DNA of 64,000 nt. It comes from Elusimicrobiota bacterium (GTDB taxonomy: Bacteria; CG03; SLGR01; JBDRKX01). Both the position numbers and the translations under genes were made by a program. The stretch's first letter is position 1. Each line of letters opens with the position of its first letter. The notes under the pieces are model-generated. The model did not search any database. It was not told the DNA's origin and saw only the letters and a list, made by a program, of their open reading frames with translations. Below are positions 47,601-59,600 of this stretch, in pieces. The DNA is taken from contig JBDRKX010000047.1 of assembly GCA_043813605.1 (NCBI GenBank), positions 77,164 through 141,163 of the forward strand, given 5' to 3'.

Positions 47601-50600
47601 CTATCTCACCGAGAACCGGCCGGAGCCTTTCCATTTCCCTGTATACAAGCAGGTTCCTGTTTGCTTCTTCCCTTCTTGTTTTTTCTATAGATTCGTTCCT
47701 GTCCGATAATCTGTCTTTCTTCGCAGGGTCATACACGAACAACCTTATGTCATCTTTAGGGGATATAACAGGTTCTATAATGTTCCTGCCGGGATTAAGG
47801 CTCCTTTTTAATTCGTTCAGGTTCTCATACAGGTCGGCTGATGTCCCGCTATCAGCTACAATAGATAAAGCGTCAAATCCCACTTCAACGTTTATTCCTC
47901 TATTGATCCTTTCTATTAATGAAGATATCCTCCTTATTATCTCATCATCACTTATCTCTCCCACTATGATTATCACAGGTTCATCAGGTAATCCCCTGTA
48001 AAGTGAAACCCGCGTACCCAGGAATCCCAGTTCTTTCTCTACTTCATAGAATATCCTTCCCACCACCTTATCTCCATCCAGAAGGCCGTGTTTACTGTTG
48101 ACAGCTTTGAGCCTGTTCCAGCTCTTTCTTTTCTGCGAACGCAGCTTGTCATCCAGTCCTTCTCCCCTGTAGTAAGGCAGCAGCCTTATCACGGTGGTCT
48201 TGACTCCGGAAGCAAGCAGGTCATCCAGTTTTTCAAAACTCGCGTTCCGTTTAGGTATAGTGGGCACCGGAGTGATTATGTTTATAACTTCAGGAGTTAT
48301 TGCCGGCTCATGCGCTTCCAGGTCAGCCGGTATGACTTTCTGCACCACTGTATTCTTGACCCTGTTCGCTTCTTCTTCCGCCCTGGAACTGTATTCCGCA
48401 GCTATCTCGAAGAATACTCTTGCCGGCAGATCCTGTTTTGATTCAGGCAGGTCTTCTATCTTGACAGAACCTATAGATATTTCAGGATAGAAGAGCCAGC
48501 CGTCATTATACCTGTCAAGCTTCAAGTCAACTCCGGTCTTCTCTTTTAACTCCGATAACGATCCGCCTAGATCGCCGTTTCTTACCAGGAAAAGCACCAG
48601 GTATTCACCGCCGTACTTCTCTACCACACCTACCTGTCTTACCTGTTCCAGCTTACTGAGTTCCTCAGGAGTCAACTTGTCTTTATCTATTACGGCTACT
48701 CCGTATTTACCGCGGAACGTATCAATAACTCTTTTTCGCATGTTTTCAAAAACTTCTACTGCCCGTTCATCTTCTATTCCGGCCGGCAGATATATGAACG
48801 ATTCGTCACCTTCCCACAGATAAGCGAATCCGTTAAGTTTTGCCGCTTCTCTGTTCATTGCCCTCATATGGCGCTCGATAATAAACCCGGCGAATTTTGA
48901 GCCGTACAGTTTGAATATCTCTCCGAAATTATCCAGGTCACCCTGGGCAAGATAACCCGAACGCTCGCCTTTTTCGAATATATCTATGAGCCTTCTTTCG
49001 CCTTTAAGCCTGGTCATATATTTTTCTTCAACAGCTTCTTCTGCGGCTTCCATCTCCCTCATGATCGCTTCCGCCCGTTCTTTCTCAGCCCTACCCCTGT
49101 ATACCTTCTTGATCGCGTCAGCCATGAACTCCGGTTTATTCAGGTAGACTTCCTGGTTGGAAGCATATTTGACCGCCTCAGGCAGGTTCTTGAAAACTTT
49201 AAAATCATGGATAAGTTCGCCTTCATTGACAAAAGCCACCGAATCCATGGTCTGAGTGAGGTCACCGCTGACCGTTTCGACATACAGACGGCCATTCTTG
49301 TAGCGAAGGTTCATTGGAACATTAATACCGTCTCCCCGTATGTGTCCTGACCATTTCGCGAGATTATACATGTTACTGAATTTATTGTAGGGCGGATTCT
49401 CGAGACTATCGAAGAATTTCTTGTACTCTGATTTTTTATTAGACGGATTCGTATTCAGGGTCTCCAGAAGGAAACTCTTTTCCGTACCGTCCTCCATTTT
49501 CACACTCACCCAGTTACCGCCCTTCTGATTACCCGGATTGGATACAAGCTCCACTATTATCTCATTACCCCTGTCCGCCTGGAGAAGACCGTAAGCTATC
49601 TTATCTACGTCAATTACTTCCGTCCACCTTGCCATATCGTTTATACGGTGAACGCCCATAAGAGGATTCTCTATTTCTCCCTGCAGTCCTGCAAGGTGTT
49701 CCATCACGCTCTTTTCTTCAAGATATAACCGGGATCCGCTTTCTGTGCGGTAAAATGACTGACCCGCTTCTGTCATCTGAAGTGTTGCGTGCCCGTGGCC
49801 GGCGGGAAGTTTATTGCTTGACCCGTCAAAATTTAATTTTTCATCATACCCGTTAAATACCGGCTGAATAAGTATATGTACATTTTCCGGGGTGAATCCG
49901 TAAAATAAGTTTTTTACCAGATCATCATATGCTTCGGTGAACGCTTCTTCATTCAGGTTTATCACTATATTTGCAGCTGATATCACTTCTTCCGGTTTCA
50001 TTCCATGCTGAGCAGCTAAAGCTTCGAGCGCCATCCTGTACTGTATTATCTGGCGGGGACCCATGCCTACTGACACCGGTTCACCTATCCTGTATCCCTG
50101 CATCTCTTCCTGTAATTCCCGTGTTATCTCGCTCTTTATACGGTCATAACTCTTTCGGTCAAGACCGCGTTTTTTAAATTCCGCCTCTGTAAGACCGTCG
50201 ATGTATTCGTCATATTTTTCCCGTATAGCTTCTTCTGTTTTCCGGCTCAGCCCGCTCTCTATACCCAATACGACATTAGCTAATGCCTGTATATCGACAT
50301 CCCACATGGGGCCGAGACCCAGCCGGGTCGCCGCTCCGGCAAACAGGAATTGCGGTATATAACCGTTATTAAGTAATGCCCTGACCGCTTTTTCAGTGTA
50401 TTTTGAATAATCCCTGCTCCTCATAAAATTCCCCAGAAGACCTACTTTACCCTGTGAAAGATCATCTCCTTTTATCTCCCTGTCAGCTATACGAAGTATA
50501 TTAGCCTTGTCTACCAGCGCATCTATTTCACTGTCTATTTTATCCCGGAGTTCCGGAGAAGCTGCCGGGCGCCGGGCAATAAGTTTCTCCAGCCTTTCTC

Positions 50601-53600
50601 TCTCGTCTTTTGATAACCTGTTAAGCAGTTTATCTATGGATTCTTTTACATTCACACCGGCTATAACCGGTTCAGCGCTTACAGTTTCTTCTAACTCAGG
50701 AATTAAAGTCCGTCTTATCTCTTCAGGAATTAAGTCTTTAATCCTCGCGCCTGCAACACCCATTACTTCATCTGCTCCACCATAATAGACTAAAATATCG
50801 TCATCTTCATCAAGAATTTCATTTGAATCTTTGTATTTGGGAACTGCCCCGCAAGTAAATACCACATTCGGTACCCATCCATAAACTTCATAATCCTTTT
50901 CCGGAGCAAGTATTGGCTCAGGAGAACGATAAATAATCTTACCCGGATCATTCAAATCATGCAATGCTACCCGCAATGTATAACTTCTATTCCCACCTAT
51001 ATTTTCAACAGCATGATAAATATTTAACCAGCCATATCGGGTTTTTAAAATCTGCGCTCCTGCTCCTATCTTATCATCTAATCCTGGTCTTGGTGCCAAC
51101 AATAACTTGCTATTCTTCTCCGCAAACTCTTTTACTTCTTGTTCCGACAAAGTTTTTGCTTTCTCTACCCAATTTAACAACGACTTTATATCATCAAACC
51201 GCATTGACCATATATTCTTTCCTCCCATGCGATGAATCAAATATAGTCCTTCTTTTGTCTTAATTAAAATAGCATCTTTATCATCCAATCCGGGAAAGAC
51301 CAGTCCTTCTCTCTTCCAATTTTTCCAGTTTTGGACAAGAAAATCCCCCACGCTGATTGAAGCCATTGCAATTTGGGGAAGTTCTCCATATGCAGTATAT
51401 AATAGATAAATTCTGTCGCCAATTATCTCTATGCGGGGATCTTCTGTACCACCTATTTCTCTTACCAGACCATATTCTTCAATATATTTTTCTATACGCC
51501 CCTCTTGGTCACCGAGTATTGTTTTATAATAACCGGAAGGCAAAAGTTCTTCCCGATGACTTGCTCTACGGGCATCCGGATCTTTTGGCATTTCATAATC
51601 TTTTTCAGGACCAAATATCGGATAATCCAATCTCCCATCTTCATGAATCCCGTCTTTTGACCACCAGAGACCAATCCTTGAAATTCCATCATATCCTAAT
51701 GCTCTATAAAGAACATAGGTTATTCCATTTATCTTTATCGCTGCAGCATTATAGACAAGTCTTTCCCATTTAACAGGCTTTCCATCTACAATAATTGCGG
51801 CATCTTCTCTTGCTTCAAAGAGTGGTTTTGGTCCGATTCTTTCTAACTTTTCGCAGGAGGGATATTGAGGAGTAATAAGGTTTGTAAATAAATCTGTAAG
51901 CTGGGTTGAGACCCTTTCAGGGGCATGGAGATAGGCAAAAACATTAGCCTGCTTTATGACATCTTCTCTTGCCCTGTGACCTGTAAGTAGTTCCTTTATT
52001 CTATCTTTTAACTCCTCATTATCTTTGTATTTTACTATCTCTCCTTTATCAAATGGGTCAAAGAAACGATTATCCCTTGCCAAGATCGGGGTTCCCCAGC
52101 CAATTATCTGATACGCGGTTGAAGAGAGGATCGCGCCTTCTCCTATAATTCCTTTTCCTTTATCAAGTATTACTAAATCTGATGCTCCTATGTATTCTGC
52201 TCTTTTTCTCCACGAACTTGCTCCATCAACTCTTATCTCATCATATCCTTTATCATAGCCAAGTTTCTTTATTTTATTCTCTAATTCCTGTTTCTCTTCT
52301 TCTGTATATACTAAGGCAACCGAATGGGTTGACGGGTCTTCTTTTCTTAATTCATAAAGCGCCTTAAATGGATCAACAAGATTATATTCACCAAATGTGA
52401 GGATCATTTTCTTATTCTTTGGCAGATTTAAGTTTTTACGCGCTTTTACTTTATCAACCTCAAGAACAGGATATGCAGGAAAATTGGTTAGACGAATCTT
52501 TTCTTCACTATAATGCTTTGCCATAAATTCATTCTGTTCAGGCAGGAAGTTTGCTATCCCATCCCATTCAAATTTCCAGAATGTGCTACCATCAGGCTTT
52601 GGCTTGTTATCATGATTTAGCAGAATTGTCTTTGCCTTTGCTTTTATCCTTGGAAAAATATTAAGTAACTCGTCCATGGGAAGCTGCCCTAAATCTTCAG
52701 CTAAGAATATATTATAACCTTCTTCTTCAATAGCTTTAAGGAGAGGTTTTGAATCAAAACTCTTAAACCCTTTTATCTTTTTCCCCTCTGTTGTATAGCA
52801 CCTGGTTACAAAATCCTCATCTTTTACATTAAGCGGTTTCCCATGAGGAAATTCTCTATAATGACTAAATACCTTTACCTCATACCCTTGTGACCTCAAC
52901 CACTCAATAAGCGGTGTTGTATGCCTTGACACTCCGCCGTCCGTGTTCCATGAACCCATTACTGCTATTTTTAGTAGTTTTCCTGCTGGTCTGGATATCT
53001 CTTCTTCCTGTTTTTCAAAAAGATCTTTCTTTTCTTTTATACGTTTAAGATAACCGCGTATTATCCTGTAGACTGTTACCCCCAGGACAATTGCGGCTAA
53101 TCCAAGCAGTATATCCCATATAGCATTAGTATGGATCAGGTACTGGAAGAACATGGTAATATTATCAATGAATACCGGTTCGCCGATCACAGCCGGATCG
53201 ACTGAAATAGCGGCATCCAGAGCTTGCTGAAAAATATCCGCATATCCGGGAATAGCGCCTGTTACGGCGTCCAGCGGCCCTGCAACCGCCGCTTTTACCT
53301 GGTTTATTATCTGGGGATTTACGATAAAACTTATATCCTGCTGTATCGCTTCACTGATGAATTCATACATCTGTCTTGTTGTCGGATTATCAATACCTTT
53401 TGAGATCAGATATTCCCTTGAGACTTCCCAGGCTGACCCTTGCGATCTTATAATCCCTATCACGTATAATGCACGGGTGGCTGCGGATGCGGCAAGCGCT
53501 GTACCTGCATAATGTATGTATGTAAATAAGAAAGCCGTAATGCCTGCTATAAACGGCAATATACGCTTCCAGAACGCTCTCTTTTGAACCGGTACGGGAG

Positions 53601-56600
53601 CTTCTGATACTTCCGGTTCCTCCGCCTTTTTCTCTTTCACTTTGTATTCTTCCATATCCTGTTTAAAAAACCAGCCGGTATTCATTATCAACCTGGGAAC
53701 CGCCCACAGGGCATGAACTATACTGGTCACAAATCCCGCCGTAAAGACCACAAGTATGCCTGCGAATATAAAAGTCGGTATAAAGCCGTACTGTACCGGT
53801 ATCTCAAAAAGCGTAGAAAATATACCTGCCACACCGTCGCCCGTAAGCATTGTCGAGCCCATTACCACGAACGCCTTATTCAATGGTGCAAGGTATTCCT
53901 GGAGATAAGGCTGTATCTTCGGCAGATGTATTATCGCGGTAATAACCACAGGTACAAAACCGAAAAGCCAGTTTATTGTGCGCATGAACCGCTGGGGCCA
54001 TTTCTCCTGGCCGAACTGGATACCTGCCAGGTGGGCGACATAAGGTTTTGCCAGAAGCGACAGCGAGATAATACTGAAAATGATAAACCACGAGGGCGGT
54101 ATAATAGTGGCTATCGCACCGGCAAATATTCCGGAACCCGCCATTATCGATACCGGGGCAAGGTTGGCGACAAGCCTTATCCAGAATTCTCTCTTTGCCA
54201 AACCATATTTCTGCTTTGCGTTATAAAAATCCGGCGGAGCAGTCTTTTCATCGGACTTAGCATACTTTTCTCTTGCCATCCTGAAGGCTATCCTTGCATC
54301 GTCCAGGGTGTTTTTCTTCTGCTTCATTTCCTTGATCCCGGGCCAGCTCAATATCGCTCCGTATATCGATCCTAAAAGAACGAGGATGGGGACCCCCAGG
54401 AATGATGTAGACGCGCCTGAGAACACGATTGCGCCGAAGTAAACCAGGAACATCGCGGCACCCACGGTATGGGAGGCCCTGAAAGCCCACAGGTTCTCCC
54501 ATATCGGGATGTTCCTATCATCCATGGGATTGGTTCCGCCTGCGCCGGCGTTAACACCCTTTTTGATAAGGTCGTTGATCGTCAGTAAATGGACCCTGAC
54601 TATTGCAAGCGGTTTTTCTATCACATTCGGGAGCTGTAAGGGATGGGACATGAATAGTTCCGCGAGCATATTAAAGCTCCTGAATATGCTTATAGCGGCT
54701 TCTACCGGTACCGAACCCAGCCGGAGAACGAAAAGAGCAAACGGGTTATATACTTTAATACCGAAAAATTTATGTTTGTACCTGACGCGGTCCAGAAGCG
54801 GCGCCGTGACTTTAGAATGTATCAGGGCGCTTAAGACTATCACGCCCAGTGTCCAGCCCATGCCGGGCAGCATGACCTCTATAAATCCGAAACAGACCGA
54901 CATGAAAAGGAAACCCATTATCTGGTAAGTCAGCAGGTATGTTTCCGCAAGCATGGCAAATTTATTCTTCAAGGAGAAAAATTTCCCATGCACTCCCTGC
55001 GCCAGCGACTTACCATGCTCAACAAGCCACTCTGAAGCCGCGTCATTTACCGGCAGCCACTTGACAAAAGTTTTAAACTGTGTGGCTACAGGAGTGTTTT
55101 CACGGTCATCATAGATTATATTGTCGCCGAAAGGAGTTTCTATCAATGCTGAATGAAGATTCCTTATAGCCGGCCTCTGGGATTTCTGCATCTGCTTGAG
55201 AAACTCCTTGACATACGGCAGGGCATCTTTATTAATCGGCGCATCTTTTCTGTCCGGCATACCTTCTTTTACCCATGAATAGATAGCATAATAGTCTTCA
55301 TCTGTATTAGTATGTATCTCATCTTCGCCAGGGAAAGTTGCCAGTATACTGCCCATGATACCGCTGACCTCACCTTGCGTGAGTACTATCTCCTTACCGT
55401 CAAGCGTCTCCTTGCCTCTTGCGAATTTCTCAATACGCTTTATTATGTATCCTGAGAAAAGGCCCATCCTGGTTGTATAGAGGTCCAGTGGTATACCGGG
55501 CGCAAACGAATAGAGTTCGGATCCCTTCTTTGTCGTACCGAAATATTTACCGAATAGCCTGGTAGCGCCGGAAGCCAGCGCACCGCCCGCCTGAAGCGGC
55601 CACAGGGCGGTATGGACTGTTGATCCCTGAAGATGCCAGAGGGTCTCGGAGCGGAAACCCTTATAATCCATGGTATAGCCTGTCTTACCCTGGAAAAGCC
55701 TGATATCCGCCGAGTTGTTACGGCCGTCCTTATCGGATATCATATTAAACATATACATACCCATTCCCGGTCCGAGCCAGTTTCCGTCATCACAGATACC
55801 CCACTGTTCTACCGTGGGGTCTCCGGGAGATACCGGTTCAAACTCTTTGCCGGCTTCACTGTCCCTGTACTCTTCCCACGGCATATAGAACTCAGCGGGA
55901 TCATTCGAGCGGCCGGGCCTGAAGATGCCGTGGAAGAAAGGTGATTCATGTACAGGAGCTATAGCCGCAAATTCATCATCTTCCAGTGTTTCCCGGACAA
56001 GATGCGGCACTCCAAACCTCAGCTTGTATCCCCCTATTTCAACAGTTACAGGTCTCATGAGAGCAGGATCTATTATATCTCTCTTTGTTTCCTGTACCAG
56101 CCGGCGGATATTATCCGCCGTATCGCCTGTTATATTATTGGCTGCAAGGATACTGTCTGTATCGGTCAGTTCGGCGTTTAAGAGCTCAGCAGCCAGATCT
56201 ATGCTGATACCGCCCGCGGCTATCGCCTCGACGGCTGTCCTTACCTTATGCTCGTATTCTATCTGACCGTTTATCCGGCCTTCAGTCCCGTCCTCTCCCC
56301 ACACAAACCAGCGCAGGACCTTGGAAGGAGTTATAATAGGCTTCTTTCCGGCAGGCGTAAACCATATCTGCAGGACTTCGGAGCCGTCATGATAGACTCC
56401 GTCTTCGTCCGTATAGGAGAACTCGTCTATCAGATCAATGATCTTTGATCTCTCATCTATTATCAGTTCGGTGAGCTTGTCTATCTTTCTGCGCGAGACC
56501 TTTCCGGGTATACGCTGTTCTAAAAGCGCCTTTATCTCTTCCGCTTCCGACGCGCTGGTTTTTATGTCAAGCAGTTCGCGGTTCAACTCGCCCCGCATCT

Positions 56601-59600
56601 TTTCATCTTTAACCTGCCTTCTAAGTATTACTGATATGTTTTCAGCTATCTCTTTCCTGAGGAGCGGCTGAGTTCCTGTCATAACCTGGTGAATCAGTTC
56701 CATATAACCGGCCCTGTCAATACCCGAGTCCTTTGAATGCTCGCGCTCCTGAAATATGGTATTAAGTATTTCATTATGATACTTCTCATCAACCAGCCCG
56801 CTTTCTTCTAAAACCGCCGGTATATTGGCATCTTTCCTGAACATCTTTTCTATAAGCTCCTGGATCTCTATTTTTTCATCATCTGACAGGCCCAGCCTCA
56901 GTTTGCGCTTAAAACTGGGTTTCTTCGCCGCGTATTCCAAAATAAGGCTCCTTACTTTTACTTTTGCATTGCCATGAGCGAATATTTTCTGATCATTCAT
57001 CAGGAGCTTTGTTATGTCAGGCTTATTGAAAAGAAGGATATGGCGGAACTTCGCATCCTTGTTTCCGCGTATTGTTACCGCCATCTTATTGATAACATCC
57101 CGGAAATGTTTTACAAATTCATCTATACTGTTAGGAGGCGGATACCACGGGCTTAACAGAACCGCCTTTTTACCATCTTCGAGATGGAGCGTCTTTTGAT
57201 AATCCCGGCCCTTGCTGGATCTTGTGGGATTGATATCCATAATACCGGTATCGTCGATCTCTTTATAGATCTTTTTGTCTATCGGATTGGCAAATGTGGA
57301 ACCTATCCTCCTGGCAAACCATTTTGAAGTCGTCACGTTGTAAATAATGAATATCGCCGCTACAGCTATGAATACCGGCGTTGAAAATACGGGAGCGAGA
57401 AACGATAGAGTCGCCGCAAGACCAAGTTTAAAGAGCATAAAACCCACTACCCAAACACCAAAGAGGAATATTCCCGTCTTCTGTGAAAGGAACTGAAGTA
57501 TATTCAGCTCGGGTATGAATTTTACAAGTATCCAGTTGAGCAACATGACCGGTATAACCGCGATCAGACTTATTGCTTCCGGAAACGGGTTGTATGTAAG
57601 CAGTATCAGAGTAAGGAACATCGATGTAAAAAAATTAACCAGGAAATCCAGCGTGAGAAGGTTAACCCGTGAGAATTTATCAGGGCTCAACCTGCGGTAA
57701 ACCTTTGAGCCCAGTACTTTTTTAAGCGGCTCCGACAGATACCTTTTAACAAAGATCTTATACAATGCCATAGATATAGAGAAGATAAACGAGAAGAGAG
57801 CCGCTCTCTCAACTATCGAACCGCTGCCTATCAGCAGCCGCCTCCATATCGATGGTTCTTCTTCTTCACCCGCGACCGCAGGTATATCTGCTTTTTCATG
57901 CTCGAATATATTATCGAGTATCTTTTGAGAATCGGATCTTTCACCGAAAAATATCTTATACCATCCGGGCTCGGCCTTTAAAGGCGCGAACTGGTCTATC
58001 CTTACCTTCTGCACCATCATATAGGCTTTATCTACGACAGCTTTTACCTTGTTTTCAAATACTGCCATATCTTCCGGTGAAATATTATCGAATCCGGGAA
58101 CATCCTTAAAAAGTATTTCAAACAGGCCTATACGCTTGGAAAGGTCCTTCTGAGCCATATCGTAATAGAGCAGCAGCTGAAAATCATTCAGTTCAGACAG
58201 CCTGAAGATGAAATTCGGATCGCTTTTTTCGATCTTATCCCATTCCTCCCTGAATACGCGCAGAAACGACTGGGTCTGCTGTACCTTCTCTATAAGGCTC
58301 TTCAGATCAGCCGCTTTCATACCCCGCTTTACCATGACCTCGGTGATCTCCTCCACTATCTGATTCCTGCGGTCTATGCCTTTTACACCCAGGTCTTTTA
58401 TCTGAAAATCAAGGTATTCCTTAAGACCTGTCTTTGCTCCGAGCAGATCTGCAACTCTTTCCGGCAGCATACTTTTTACAAAATCAGGTACAACCCGCTC
58501 AGCCCAGGACGGTGCCGGCGGTGAGGTCTTGAACAGGTAATCGGTGAGTAGGAGCTCGACTTCCTTTTTTATATCACCCCTCATAGATTCGTTATAGATA
58601 GGTTCGGTATAGAGTTCAGCTATACCTAAACGGAGCAGAGAATCCGCCCTGAAATATATTTCCTTATCGCCTATGTCTGCGCCCATCTCTGCCGCTTTTG
58701 ATTTTAGAGTCTTTGATATATCCACCCATTCGCGTATATCTTCTATCGTTACGGCGGCGGCCTGGGCATCGGATGCAATCCTTCTTGCTTCACTGTCACG
58801 ACGTGCAGTGTTTATATATTTCCGGCCTGCTTCCTTGAAAAAAGTCTTTAATATTTCCGCCGTTTCAAGCGATCTCTCAAGTTTGGTAAGATCCTGTTCC
58901 CGGCCGGCCTTAACCGATTTAACGGTAGTCCCTTCTTTCTCCTGCAGCGCTTCCGCTATGGCCTTCAGAGTCGAGGAGTCCACATAACCCCATCTGTCAA
59001 ATATCGGAGCGGCCAGTGATGAGACCAGCGATTCTTCATCTCTTGTATCTACTTTCCCGCCGGTAGCTCTTTCGTAAATCGCCTTTATTCTTTCCGGCAG
59101 GTATTCATACCTTAGAAGGACCTCTTCTTCGGAATACCCGCATTCTATCATCATGTTGATGAGGAAACTCAGATCCGAGTCGCTCAAAGCTGTACCGTTC
59201 TGCCTGGCTTTTTTTGCGATAGAATATCTGACATCTCTCATATTCTTGTATTCACTGAGATGTTTCAGGTTAAACTCTTTTCTCTCTGCCCGTTCTTTTG
59301 AAAGTCTTTCCTTAAACGTATCCAGAACTTCATACTCTGCTGTCTCCCTCTCCAGATACCCGGCTATCTCGCCTTTTCTTTCCTTCCAGTTGAGCACATG
59401 ATCTATGAGCTTACCTGTTAAGACAGCTTCCATCTCACTCCACGCCTGCCGCAGTTCGGGGGAATCTACCCTGCGGTCATCCTTATACAGTTTCTCCCCC
59501 ACCAGTTCAAAAAAGACCTTTCTAAGCACAACATAACGCGTAAGAAGCTGCTGCTGTACCATCTCTATTTCAGCCTTTGTTATATCCTTATATTTTGCTT

